From: an uncultured Spartobacteria bacterium
GTDB taxonomy: Bacteria; Verrucomicrobiota; Verrucomicrobiia; Chthoniobacterales; Chthoniobacteraceae
Direction: 5' to 3'
Assembly: GCA_903916085.1 (NCBI GenBank)
Contig: CAIWVL010000043.1
Coordinates: forward strand, 1-50,251
DNA: 50,251 bases
The notes beneath the pieces are model-generated. The model was not told the origin of the DNA. It saw only the letters and a list, made by a program, of their open reading frames with translations, and did no database searches. The stretch's first letter is position 1. The number at the start of each line of letters is the position of its first letter. The position numbers were made by a program, and so were the translations under genes. Positions 36,001-45,450 of this stretch are shown here, piece by piece.

Positions 36001-38952
36001 CTACGGCTTCACCTCCACTAAAACCGCCGCCGAGTTCGCACTGCCAAACGCGTTGGACACCGTCACCGAGTAAAAGCCTGACATCGCCTCCGTGGCATTC
36101 CTCGCCTGATACAGAGTTCCGCTAGTGCGCCGCACCACTTGCCCGTCTTTTTTCCACGTACTGCACACGGGCGTACATCCTCCCGCCTCCACACTCAAGA
36201 GCAGCGTGTCCCCGACCTTCAAGCCGGGCGGCACGACAATCGCTTGCGAGATCACCGGTGCCGCTGCGACCATAACATCCGCCCGACGCGAGACCACCGT
36301 GTCATAGTCATTCCTCGCCTCCAGTGTGTAACCGCCTGAATCAAAAGCCGTAATCCCATCGACACTCAAAGTAGACGTTTGCGCGCCTGAAACCGTGTGT
36401 CCGGCAACAGACCCGTCGTTCAGCACAACGCCGTCTTTTTTCCATTGAAACCCACTGGCGTTATCGACCGTGGCGGTGAGGGAAAAACTCTGCGCACCAG
36501 GCCTGAGTCGCTGGGAAAGCGGCATCTTTTTGATCACGGGGAGCGTCCCTATCGTGATTGCGCTGACCCAACCGCGATCCTGCCCCTCAGTGAGGCTTGT
36601 GTCCTTGGTGTAGCGGAACTCCAGCGTGGCCAAAGCCGTTCCATCCACACGCACACGGTGCTGCACCCAACCGGTTTCGCCAGTTTGCGTGAGCAGACTT
36701 CCGGTGTCGGCGTCTCGGGCTGGGGCACCATTGAGAAAGCAACTCAGCCCGTCGTGCCCGGCTTCGCTAGAGGTTTGCCACCAGAAAGAAACCATCCGTT
36801 TAGCGGGCACACGTAGCCGCAATCGACTCAGACCGCCATTGGCCACGCGCCCAGAGACGGCGGCCGTGCCACGGGTGCCATCGGGGAGCGTCACCACTTG
36901 TCCAAACCAAGGCGCCTCGGGCGAGGTAAAGGAAGTACCCGTAAGACCGCTGATAACAGGGAGAGGGATGCCCGGTTCGTCCATGTGCAGTTTCAGAGTG
37001 CGATTAACCTGCCCACTACTCCCCAATACGCTGACGCCGACTTCCCACAACCCCGAAGCTGTAGGCGTACCCTGGAAACAATGCGCCTCCTGATTCCACG
37101 TTATTCCCGGCGGCACAACGCCCGACAGCTCAGAAACCGTGGCCCCATTTGTAAGAGTGAGCGGGAATAGAAACGGCCGACCAACGGTGCCAAACGCTTC
37201 CAAAGCGCTGGTGATTTCCGGCATCGCCACCGCATTTTCCAGGGAGCCCGAAAGCATGTAGGCACCGAGAGCGGCATAAGCAGGGTAGCCCGTGCTGTAC
37301 ACACTGGCGTCGGTCGTTTCATCGGGGTTGGTCGATGAAGGGTAGACGGCGAGCTGATAGGTACCTGCTGGAAGAGTCACCCGGAGAGCTGCTTCCAGTG
37401 CGGAAGCAGGATTGGCTTGGGCGAGGGTTGCGCCGGTGGCGTCCAAGACAACCAACCGTAAATCCACGTTTGCAATCTGAGCGGAAGCAGGCTTTGCAGC
37501 CACCGTCAAAACCCCGCCCAACGTGCTGAACTGAAAGCGATCCGGGGTGCCAGCATGGCGCAGAACGCCCGTAGCCTGAAAAGCATTCCCCGTGCATTGA
37601 AGCAGACGCACCCCGTGGGTAACGTCCGAGTCAGCTCCGGGAGTGTCCACACTGGTTCCGACCCCATTCGCCGCACTGGCGATGATGGCAAGATCGTCCT
37701 CCGTATTGTTGGCGTTAACGTATTGCCCTTTGCTCCACTGGGTCACGGAACGGTAGTACGAAAGTCCCATGATCGGTGCCCAGCTCGTTGCAACATCCAA
37801 CCCGCCGCCGTTCCCGCCATAATACGAGTTGCCGATCGTCCCGTCGTGACTGAGCCCCAGTGTATGGCCGACCTCGTGTGAAACAGCTTCTGCCACCGTT
37901 TTCGCCGATGCATTGAACACCCAAGCTGGCACCGTGGAGCTATAGCGCTGACCCGCCAGACTCCAACTTCCCACCATGGAAACCCCACCTGATCCCGGCA
38001 GTGCGGTATTTGTGGGCGTAACGATGACGCGCATGCGACGGCCGGGAGCGGCTCGGTCGTAGTCGGCGCGCACGGTGCTCACGGCCATGTCAAAGGGGGC
38101 GTAGTCCTCGGCCACGCGAGCCAATACTTCGCGGATACTGTCGGCGCTCAGGGCGGAGGGAGCGGCGGCGATGGGATCGCCTCCGTTCCAGTCTGGATCG
38201 CGCACCCATTCGCCACCGAAGTTGATGTAGATCAAACCCTTCGCGCCGGGCCGTGTATTGATTTGAGGAATGGCGGCAGAACCCGTGGCAGACAGTGTAG
38301 CGTCTGCCACTGCGGCGGAGACATGAGGCGAGGCGGGCCAACAAATCAGGCGGCTCAGAGGCCGTTCCACGAGCAAAATTTCGCCAGAAGGTTCCGTTTG
38401 AATTTCCAACCCCAACCCAGCTTCGGGGAGTAAAATGCGGCCAGCCACTTGGTCTGAGGAAAGGTGAAGAGAAAAAGTGCCTTCACCATCTCTGAGCTTT
38501 CCGCCCAAACGCACCCAACCGTTTTCTTCCAACCGGAGCTGCACCGTGCCCAGAATCGACTCCGAATCCACTCCAGGAAGCGCCACAACCACACCTTGTT
38601 GTAAAAGTTCCAACTGAGAAAGGTCACTTCGCTTCAAACGAATCACGCGCCCCTTTGACGTCTGCGGGTTCATTTGGGACGCGTCCGCCACCAGAGCTTG
38701 CCCCGACACGAGGCCCTCCTTGGAAAACACGTCCACCGCGCCTGCGCTCGTCGGCGTGCCTGAGAGAATGGCTGACGTGGATGGCGCGCCGTGCTGCGAA
38801 AAAATCCCACCCGCAATTGGCGCGCCAACGTGCGCCTGAGCCTCGTGTTTGGCGGTAGGAGAAAGAGACTCCCAAAAATAACCAACGCCCAACGCGAGAA
38901 CCAAGACTGCCGCCGGGACAGTGAAGGAAGGCTTGCGGGACGTAGGTTTCAT
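36001..38952 (-). CDS. membrane-anchored/secreted zinc metalloprotease (metzincin, reprolysin/M12B-like) with PPC, jelly-roll and 2 Ig-like domains, paralog 1
   Basis: 983 aa. It has an N-terminal TM/signal anchor (FTVPAAVLVLALGVGYFW) and a ~200-aa pro-region-like segment. The catalytic domain carries HEVGHTLGLSHDG (37840-37878) and SWAPIMG...QWSKGQY...NTEDDLAII. A pre-peptidase C-terminal-like domain follows (DRFQFS...DLRLVVLD...LPAGTYQLAVY), then a W-x-x-SSE...GWV...F-x-Y-x-KD...GQDRGWV jelly-roll-like domain. Two I-set-like Ig domains are present (FQWKKDGVVL...GGYTLEARN; STWKKDGQVV...GFYSVTVSN). Confidence 0.85.
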   Translation of the reverse strand: MKPTSRKPSFTVPAAVLVLALGVGYFWESLSPTAKHEAQAHVGAPIAGGIFSQHGAPSTSAILSGTPTSAGAVDVFSKEGLVSGQALVADASQMNPQTSKGRVIRLKRSDLSQLELLQQGVVVALPGVDSESILGTVQLRLEENGWVRLGGKLRDGEGTFSLHLSSDQVAGRILLPEAGLGLEIQTEPSGEILLVERPLSRLICWPASPHVSAAVADATLSATGSAAIPQINTRPGAKGLIYINFGGEWVRDPDWNGGDPIAAAPSALSADSIREVLARVAEDYAPFDMAVSTVRADYDRAAPGRRMRVIVTPTNTALPGSGGVSMVGSWSLAGQRYSSTVPAWVFNASAKTVAEAVSHEVGHTLGLSHDGTIGNSYYGGNGGGLDVATSWAPIMGLSYYRSVTQWSKGQYVNANNTEDDLAIIASAANGVGTSVDTPGADSDVTHGVRLLQCTGNAFQATGVLRHAGTPDRFQFSTLGGVLTVAAKPASAQIANVDLRLVVLDATGATLAQANPASALEAALRVTLPAGTYQLAVYPSSTNPDETTDASVYSTGYPAYAALGAYMLSGSLENAVAMPEITSALEAFGTVGRPFLFPLTLTNGATVSELSGVVPPGITWNQEAHCFQGTPTASGLWEVGVSVLGSSGQVNRTLKLHMDEPGIPLPVISGLTGTSFTSPEAPWFGQVVTLPDGTRGTAAVSGRVANGGLSRLRLRVPAKRMVSFWWQTSSEAGHDGLSCFLNGAPARDADTGSLLTQTGETGWVQHRVRVDGTALATLEFRYTKDTSLTEGQDRGWVSAITIGTLPVIKKMPLSQRLRPGAQSFSLTATVDNASGFQWKKDGVVLNDGSVAGHTVSGAQTSTLSVDGITAFDSGGYTLEARNDYDTVVSRRADVMVAAAPVISQAIVVPPGLKVGDTLLLSVEAGGCTPVCSTWKKDGQVVRRTSGTLYQARNATEAMSGFYSVTVSNAFGSANSAAVLVEVKP

Positions 38953-39051
38953 AAGGAGAGCACACCCTCAGAAGCATTCGCCACGCCAATCCAACGCGGA
39001 TCAGACAACGAAGCTTTGGGGGAATGGCCTGTATTTGCCTGCACCCGTCGC

Positions 39052-39133
39052 CGCGCCCCGCTGGCGTGAGTTCGGTGATTTGCGTGTGTTCCGGCGGTGT
39101 CGCTTGCGCTCAACCACCGGCTTGGGTTGAACC
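39052..39133 (+). repeat. composite intergenic repeat, copy B
   Basis: The parts are a GC hairpin (CGCGCC 39052-39057 / GGCGTG 39063-39068), the G/T-rich tract AGTTCGGTGATTTGCGTGTGTT and the core CCGGCGGTGTCGCTTGCGCTCAACCACCGGC (39091-39121), ending in GGGTTGAACC. Confidence 0.7.
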
Positions 39134-39280
39134 ACTCGTGCATTACGAAGATGCGCGCAGGTCTCAACTTAACCCGTAGTGACCCTCTCCAAAATAGCCC
39201 ATCCCCAGACTGGGCCAGCGGCTCGGGGCGTGTCCTCGATTTTGAGCACCCGCCCCCACCTGGAGGAAAACCGTCTCTGA

Positions 39281-42200
39281 TTACTTCGCCGTAGTCTTCG
39301 CGGGCGTCACTGTGGCAAAGCTGACCACAACAGTATCGGAGGTCGTTTGACCGTAGGCATTTAGAGCCGTGATTGAGTACTTGCCGGCTGAGGCAGCCGT
39401 GGTCTTCGGAAGAATGAAACTCACTGAAGAAGCATTAGTCACGTTCCAAGAGCCGGCCACGCCATCCTTGTTCAGGCGGTAATAAACGATTGGCCCTCCC
39501 GAGACCATCGCAGACAAAGTCAGCGGATCGCCCACCTTGAGCCCAACGGGTACGGCAGGCTGCTGAGTGAACACTGGCGGCAGAGCCAAGAGGACGTCCA
39601 CTGGCCTAGTCATAACCGTCCCGTAGGCGTTCTTAGCCTCCAACCAGTATGACCCGGCGTCTGAGCCTGAGGCGTTGGTGACCTTGAGCGTACTAGTCTG
39701 CGCACCCGCGATCGTACTGCCACTCTTGGTGATCCCGTCGCTCAACGTGGCAGAATCTTTTTTCCACACAATCGAGGTCGCACCCGCGACTTCCGCAGTT
39801 AACGTGAATGCCTTATCGGTTTTCGCAAGCGCCACGGATACAGGCGATTTCGAGATAAGGGGCGGCTGGCCAATGGAGGCCATGTACACCCAGACACGAT
39901 CCTGACCTGCGCTCAAAGTCGCGTCCTTAGCGTAAGTGAACTCGATGCGCTTGGTACCGGCACCCTCCAAACGCACGGTCTGCCTCACCCAACCCGTCTC
40001 CCCGCTCAATGTCAGATACAAGCCTGTTTCGGCATCCCGAGCAGCCACGCCATCCACGCGGCAAGTGACGCCATCTCCCTTGATGCTGTTGCCGTTCCCT
40101 GAAAGCGCTTCCGAGGAGGCCTTCCAGTAAAAGGTCGCCAAACTTGAGCCCGCAGACTGAGGCGTGTAGTCGATCCGCACAGTGGTCTGCCCGTTGTTTG
40201 CAATCACGCCGCTCTGGGCAACCGTGCCCGTGGTGCCATCTGCACGCGTCATACTGAGGCCAGTCCAAGGAGCGGCCTGCGTACTCGTCACCGTGCCAAT
40301 GGGGAAGGCGCCGGTCAAAGGCAACGTCGCCTTAGCAATGGAAACGACGATTTCCGTATGTGAAATTCCCGAGGCGTTGCTCGCAGCAAGCTTCAGCAAA
40401 CCAGGGCCGCCAGGCGTTCCCGCCGTGCCAGAACCTGTTTCCTGAGCGGGAGTACCGCTTAGGATGAGCGTGGCTGGATTGAAAGAAAGTCCACTCGGAA
40501 GCGTACTGCTTTCGACCGTGACGGTACTGCCCGGAGTGACAGCCACCGTGAAGCTCAAGGGCTGCCCAGCGGTGCCTGAAACAGCAGTGGGAGAGGTGAA
40601 TACCGGCACGGTAATCGCGCCCTGAACGCTTCCTGACAGCGTGTAGCGCCCTACTGAAGCATAGGAAGAATAACCCGTGGTGTAACCACCTGCGGGCTTG
40701 GCACCGGTTCCTGCGGGCCGGACTACGAGGGTGTAATCTCCCGCCGCCAGAGGCTGGTTCACTGTGGCACTGAGCGCATCCACAAGACTGGAGAGCACCA
40801 CCGTGGCACCAGAAGACGAGGTGAGCTCCAACTGCACATCCACGTCGCTATCCGTCACGGAAGGGCGCGCAGTAGCGGTTAACTGGCCGCCACTTGTGCT
40901 GAACTTCCAGGTGTCCACGCTATCGGCACCGCGCAACAACCCTTCGACTTGGAAACTGTTTCCTGTGAGAGGCAACGCCTTCAACCCATTGGGCAACTCG
41001 TTACTGACAAAGCCGAACTGGTTCGCCGCCTTGCCAATAATTGCGAGGTCGTCCTCAGTGTTGTTCGCAGACACGTACTCGCCCTTGCTCCACTGCACGA
41101 GGCTCTTTGAATAACCCGACCCCATGATGGGAGCCCAACTTGTAGGGGTTGTCAGCGTGCCGCCATGCCCTGAGTAATAGGCAACTCCTCCAGTCTGACC
41201 GTCGTGATTGAGCCCCACAGTATGCCCCACCTCGTGCGAAAGCGCTTCAGCTACGGTTTTTACGGACTGATTGAATACCCAGCAAACGACGTTTGAACTA
41301 TACCCTTTTCCTGAACCGCTCCAACTGTTTACGTAAGCCACCCCGCCTGCACCCGGGGAGGCCGTATTCGTAGGAGTCACCACGACGTGCATTCTCAAGC
41401 CGGGCGCGGTTGCGTCGTACAAGGCGCTATCCGTGGTGAGCGTCACGTCAAACGGCGCCCAATCGGGAGCCGCTAGATTGAGGACCTGAGTGATCTGGTC
41501 ACCCGAAAGAGAGGAGGGAGCGGCGGTGATAGGACGACCGCTGTTCCAAACGGTGTCTGTTACGGTTGCACCGCCAAAGTCCACATAAATGACGCCCTTG
41601 GCTCCTGGCCGGGTATTGATCAGGGGAATGCCACCGGAAGCTGCGGCAGACTTGGGGGCGATGGTGGTGTCCGCCACTCCGAGCGCCGGAGTGTCATTGG
41701 GTGCCGGAAAGCACACAAGCGAGCTCAAACGCCGCTCCACAAGCACCACCTCGCCGCCGTCCATCTGGATCTGGTAGCCGGTGCCAGTGTCGGGCATCAA
41801 AATCATGCCGGCTACTTCGTTGAAATTTGTGTTTAGGCTGAAGCTGCCCTTGCCGTTAGCAAGCGATCCGCCCATGCGCACCCAGCCACTGTCTTCCTGC
41901 ACAAGATTGACGGTGCCTTCCAGCGTTTCACCATTAGCAGTCGGCAAACTAAGCGTAGCCCCCTGTTTGAGCGCTCCCCAGTTCCGCACCGCTACAGGAT
42001 CCAGCTTCACCACACGTCCCTTGTCTGCATCAGGATTCACTCCGGCGGCAGGAAGCGACGCTCCAACGGGCGCACCTTTAGGCTTCAAAACCAGAGTCGC
42101 CTTACCGGTCCCAACAGACGCACTCAGAGCAGTTGCACCCGAGGCACCCAAGGCTTTTCCCGCTTTTACATCCGAAAGTGTCAGCCCAGATGGCGTCCCT

Positions 42201-42346
42201 TCAGCGCGGGATGAAATCTCACCCGTTGAGTCGGCTGGTTTTTCCAAACTATTCAAGGCGAGGTAACCGAGGCCTCCCAAAATGGCCACCACAGCCGACC
42301 CGGAGGTCCACTTTTTCCACGCGCCAGTTTTGTAATTCTTTTTCAT
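39281..42346 (-). CDS. membrane-anchored/secreted zinc metalloprotease, paralog 2 (same architecture)
   Basis: The ORF runs to 42496 (GTG). I prefer ATG 42344-42346 (MKKNYKTGAWKKWTSGSAVVAILGGLGYLAL), which parallels paralog 1. An in-frame ATG 48 nt upstream is also possible. Motifs: HEVGHTVGLNHDG (41198-41236), SWAPIMG...QWSKGEY...NTEDDLAII, PPC-like domain, He_PIG-like LPSGLSFNPATLILSGTP, the same jelly-roll (FYWKASSE...GWV...FTYAKD...GQDRVWV) and two Ig-like domains (IVWKKDSATL...GSYWLEAKN; YRLNKDGV...GKYSITALN). Confidence 0.85.
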   Translation of the reverse strand: MKKNYKTGAWKKWTSGSAVVAILGGLGYLALNSLEKPADSTGEISSRAEGTPSGLTLSDVKAGKALGASGATALSASVGTGKATLVLKPKGAPVGASLPAAGVNPDADKGRVVKLDPVAVRNWGALKQGATLSLPTANGETLEGTVNLVQEDSGWVRMGGSLANGKGSFSLNTNFNEVAGMILMPDTGTGYQIQMDGGEVVLVERRLSSLVCFPAPNDTPALGVADTTIAPKSAAASGGIPLINTRPGAKGVIYVDFGGATVTDTVWNSGRPITAAPSSLSGDQITQVLNLAAPDWAPFDVTLTTDSALYDATAPGLRMHVVVTPTNTASPGAGGVAYVNSWSGSGKGYSSNVVCWVFNQSVKTVAEALSHEVGHTVGLNHDGQTGGVAYYSGHGGTLTTPTSWAPIMGSGYSKSLVQWSKGEYVSANNTEDDLAIIGKAANQFGFVSNELPNGLKALPLTGNSFQVEGLLRGADSVDTWKFSTSGGQLTATARPSVTDSDVDVQLELTSSSGATVVLSSLVDALSATVNQPLAAGDYTLVVRPAGTGAKPAGGYTTGYSSYASVGRYTLSGSVQGAITVPVFTSPTAVSGTAGQPLSFTVAVTPGSTVTVESSTLPSGLSFNPATLILSGTPAQETGSGTAGTPGGPGLLKLAASNASGISHTEIVVSIAKATLPLTGAFPIGTVTSTQAAPWTGLSMTRADGTTGTVAQSGVIANNGQTTVRIDYTPQSAGSSLATFYWKASSEALSGNGNSIKGDGVTCRVDGVAARDAETGLYLTLSGETGWVRQTVRLEGAGTKRIEFTYAKDATLSAGQDRVWVYMASIGQPPLISKSPVSVALAKTDKAFTLTAEVAGATSIVWKKDSATLSDGITKSGSTIAGAQTSTLKVTNASGSDAGSYWLEAKNAYGTVMTRPVDVLLALPPVFTQQPAVPVGLKVGDPLTLSAMVSGGPIVYYRLNKDGVAGSWNVTNASSVSFILPKTTAASAGKYSITALNAYGQTTSDTVVVSFATVTPAKTTAK

Positions 42347-42545
42347 AAGGGGATTAACATTTGCAACTGCTACTGACGTAATACCCAGAAGCATGGGCCG
42401 TGCCCAACATGCCAAACTGAGACAAACATAATCCGAAAAGCCGCGATTACCGCAGCGGTTAGTTCCTTTGGCTCCCGCCGACGGGCGCTCTGGCACTGTG
42501 CCTAGAGCCTAGTAGGCAGTTCGGTGAAAAAGTCGGATCGGTTCG

Positions 42546-42743
42546 CTTCTGAAGCCCAATGGGGCGAGCGACGGCAGCCTAGGCCAAAGCCCTAGGTTTT
42601 GGATGAAAGAGTCCGCAGCCCTATAGGGGCGTCCTAAATCGAGCCATGTTTTGGGACGCCCTTACAAGGGCTGATTTCATATCACCGGTAATCCTAGGGC
42701 GTTGCCCTAGGCTGTCATCACTCGCCCCTTTGGGACTTAGGAG
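42546..42743 (+). ncRNA. candidate structured RNA with 6S-like architecture (alternative: MITE-like inverted-repeat element)
   Basis: 42546-42599 pairs with 42690-42743 (~47 bp with small bulges, including a 21/23 block 42561-42583 x 42706-42728). Next comes a mostly unpaired 16 x 16-nt bubble (42600-42615 / 42674-42689), then a terminal hairpin 42616-42673 (19 bp, 17-nt loop). The + strand is favoured only weakly, with 4 G.U and 2 C.A versus the reverse on the - strand. Confidence 0.4.
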
Positions 42744-42971
42744 GAGCACAGAGAGCACCGAGGGGAATGTCTTCCAGATGTAAAAACGGGCCATTCCCAA
42801 ACCCCAGGAGGGACTCGAAAAAGGTATTCTCAAAAATGAAAATCAAAAGCAATCTAAGCTCTCATCTTTGGGAGGCAAGAGGCCCGCGATCCAGTCGCGA
42901 GGCCTTACGTTAGAAATTCCTCAGACTCAATCTCGCGTATCGCGGAATTCCTGCCACGCTTTTCGCCTCTC

Positions 42972-45416
42972 ATGAAGCCTTCACGCATGAACCGCTCTCG
43001 TTTCCTCTGCCGCGTCGCGTGTTTTATCCTGGCGCTCACAAATGCGATTCGCGCCGTGGAAGTGCCCGATTTTGAGAAAACGGTGAGACCCTTTTTCCAG
43101 GAGCATTGTTTCAAATGCCACGACGATAAGAAACAGAAGGGCGATCTGCGGCTAGACACTCTCCCAGCCGACTTCGCGGGGATGAAGACCTCGGAGCACT
43201 GGACCGACATTCTCGACCGCATCAACTCTGGCGACATGCCGCCCGAAAAAGAGGCGCGCCCGAAACCGCAGGACGCCGCTGCCGTGGTGGACTGGATCGC
43301 TACGCGCCTGGCGGAGGCGGAGTCCGAACGGCATGCCCAGGCCGAGCGCGTGTCTTTTCACAAACTCACGCGAGACGAGTACGTGAACACGATCCGCGAT
43401 CTGCTGGGTGTAACATACGATGCGCGCGATACGACTGGCATGTCAGAAGATCCGGATTGGCTGGGCTTTGAGCGCATTGGCTCGGTCCTCTCGATCTCGC
43501 CATCACACATCGAGAAATACCTATCCGCCGCCATTGCCACCGCGAACGAAGCTCTTGCGCTTGCGCCACAACCCAAACACGACGTGGTGCGTTGGACAGC
43601 CTTTGACATGCGCGCCACCGAGGGCTGGACCATCTTCGAGAAAGAGTTCAAAGAACGCCGTCTCTCAGACAAAGTGCGCAGTGACATCGTCCCTAACAAC
43701 GGAGCGACTGGCACGCCTGGGGAGGGCCAAAAGTTGCAGATCAACGCCACGGGGGATTACCTGGTGCGCATCACACTCAGCGGACTCTATCCTGAGGGCG
43801 GCCGGCCGCCGCGCGTGCAAGTCTTCGCGGCGGACCTCGACCGAATCCTCTTCGAGCAAGACGTCGATGCGCCTGAGGACAAGCCCGTGACCCTCGAGTT
43901 CCGCACACATCTCCCAGTCGGCTCGCACATTATCCGCATCACAAACGCCGTTCCCGGCCCTGAACCAACCGCCCGCGCTTCCCGAGGCGGCGGTGCCGTT
44001 TTCACAAGCACCAAGGCCCGACGTCCTTGGCAAATGAAACTCACTGACGAAGAGTACCGGCCTGCCTGGCCGTTCCTGCTCGTCAATCAAGTCGAATGGG
44101 AAGGCCCCATCCTCGAATCCTGGCCGACGCCAGAACATCGGCATATCTTTGGCGAAGGTAAACAAGACGCAGCGCAGGTGAACGACATCCTTTCGCGCTT
44201 TGCAGAACGCGCTTTTCGGCGACCAGTTCGGGGGAGCGAACTCGACCGATACACCCAACTCGTGGAGGCCGAGCTGAAGGCAGGAAAAACGTTTGAAAAC
44301 GCTGTCAAATCCGCGCTCCTCGCCATTCTGTGCTCAAAAGACTTCCTTTACCTTGTGGAAGGCACCCCGGAACGAGCGACCACACATCTGACAGATTTTG
44401 AACTGGCCTCACGCCTTTCTTATTTTTTGTGGAGCACCCAGCCCGATGAAGAACTCATGTCCCTCGCCCGCGCTGGGAACCTGCATGAAAAAGAAACCTT
44501 ACGCGCCCAAACACGCCGGATGCTTGCGGATCGCCGTGCCGCCGCCTTCACCGATGCTTTTCCTCGTCAATGGCTGCAACTGCGACGTGTGGGCATGTTT
44601 GCGCCCGACAAAAAGCTGTACCCAGATTACGACGACTACTTGCAAAACAGCATGATCGCCGAGTGCACGAGCTACTTTCGGGAAATGCTTACGGGCAACA
44701 CGAGTCTGCGCGAGTTCCTGGACTCCGACTGGACGATGCTCAATCAGCGCCTTGCCGATCACTACGGGATCGCCGGAGTGCGGGGAGAACTCATGCAGCG
44801 GGTGGCCCTCAAGCCCGAGGACCATCGCGGTGGTCTTCTCACGCAAGCCGCCCTCTTGAGCCTCACCTCGGATGGCACGCGACATCGGCCTGTACATCGG
44901 GGCAAGTGGTTGGCTGAATCTATTTTAGGCAAGCCCGTACCACCACCACCGGCAAATGTTCCCGCCATCAAATCTGGCCAAGCTTCCCAACCCAAAACCA
45001 CCCTGCGCGAAAAAATCGCCGCGCATCTCGAAGACGCCACCTGCGCCGCGTGCCACCGCAAAATTGATCCGCTTGGACTGGCCTTCGAAAACTACGATGC
45101 CATTGGACGGTGGCGCACTGAGGAAGCCGTCCGCGAGGGCGCGGGAGAAAACCCGAAACTGGACGCCAGCGGCGAACTTTCTGATGGCCGCAAGTTCTCT
45201 GATGCGAACGCTTTCAAACGGTTGCTCCTGGACGACATCGACAAGTTCGCCGCCGGGTTCACTGAAAAAATAGCCACATTTGCCATGCGCCGCGTGATGG
45301 GGTACTCCGACCGCGCTGATCTCCAAAACATCCTCGCGCAGAGCAAGTCCAGCGACTACCAGCTGGCCACGCTGATCGAAACGTTTATTACCAGCGACCT
45401 TTTCCAGAAACGTTAA
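42972..45416 (+). CDS. DUF1592/DUF1588/DUF1585-type protein with planctomycete cytochrome-c (CxxCH) modules
   Basis: 814 aa with a signal peptide (RFLCRVACFILALTNAIRA|VE). CFKCH lies at 43107-43121 in the PSCyt-type context FQEHCFKCHDDKKQKGDLRLD, and a second CAACH lies at 45042-45056 in CHRKIDPLGLAFENYDAIGRWR (DUF1585-type). Family hallmarks are also present: LASRLSYFLWSTQPDEEL (DUF1592), LADHYGI and HRPVHRGKWL (DUF1588). Confidence 0.9.
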   Translation: MKPSRMNRSRFLCRVACFILALTNAIRAVEVPDFEKTVRPFFQEHCFKCHDDKKQKGDLRLDTLPADFAGMKTSEHWTDILDRINSGDMPPEKEARPKPQDAAAVVDWIATRLAEAESERHAQAERVSFHKLTRDEYVNTIRDLLGVTYDARDTTGMSEDPDWLGFERIGSVLSISPSHIEKYLSAAIATANEALALAPQPKHDVVRWTAFDMRATEGWTIFEKEFKERRLSDKVRSDIVPNNGATGTPGEGQKLQINATGDYLVRITLSGLYPEGGRPPRVQVFAADLDRILFEQDVDAPEDKPVTLEFRTHLPVGSHIIRITNAVPGPEPTARASRGGGAVFTSTKARRPWQMKLTDEEYRPAWPFLLVNQVEWEGPILESWPTPEHRHIFGEGKQDAAQVNDILSRFAERAFRRPVRGSELDRYTQLVEAELKAGKTFENAVKSALLAILCSKDFLYLVEGTPERATTHLTDFELASRLSYFLWSTQPDEELMSLARAGNLHEKETLRAQTRRMLADRRAAAFTDAFPRQWLQLRRVGMFAPDKKLYPDYDDYLQNSMIAECTSYFREMLTGNTSLREFLDSDWTMLNQRLADHYGIAGVRGELMQRVALKPEDHRGGLLTQAALLSLTSDGTRHRPVHRGKWLAESILGKPVPPPPANVPAIKSGQASQPKTTLREKIAAHLEDATCAACHRKIDPLGLAFENYDAIGRWRTEEAVREGAGENPKLDASGELSDGRKFSDANAFKRLLLDDIDKFAAGFTEKIATFAMRRVMGYSDRADLQNILAQSKSSDYQLATLIETFITSDLFQKR

Positions 45417-45450
45417 CTGCCACCCAGCTCCTGCCCAGTTACCCCCCCCC

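Noticed and set aside
38965-38977. Shared CAGAAGCAT 9-mer upstream of both protease genes (also at 42386-42394).
   Set aside because: A single 9-nt match between two spacers of several hundred bp is within chance expectation. The distances to the start codons also differ (~15 vs ~50 nt).
42561-42583. The GGGGCGA... 5' end suggested a tmRNA.
   Set aside because: There is no T-arm (GGTTCGAATCC-like) and no CCA-proximal acceptor pairing. There is no tag reading frame ending in ...ALAA-stop, and the element is about half the length of a tmRNA.
42621-42833. 70-aa minus-strand ORF in the long divergent intergenic region.
   Set aside because: It overlaps the strongly base-paired element. It has no motif or signal, and its start context is arbitrary. 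The RNA or inverted-repeat structure explains the sequence better.
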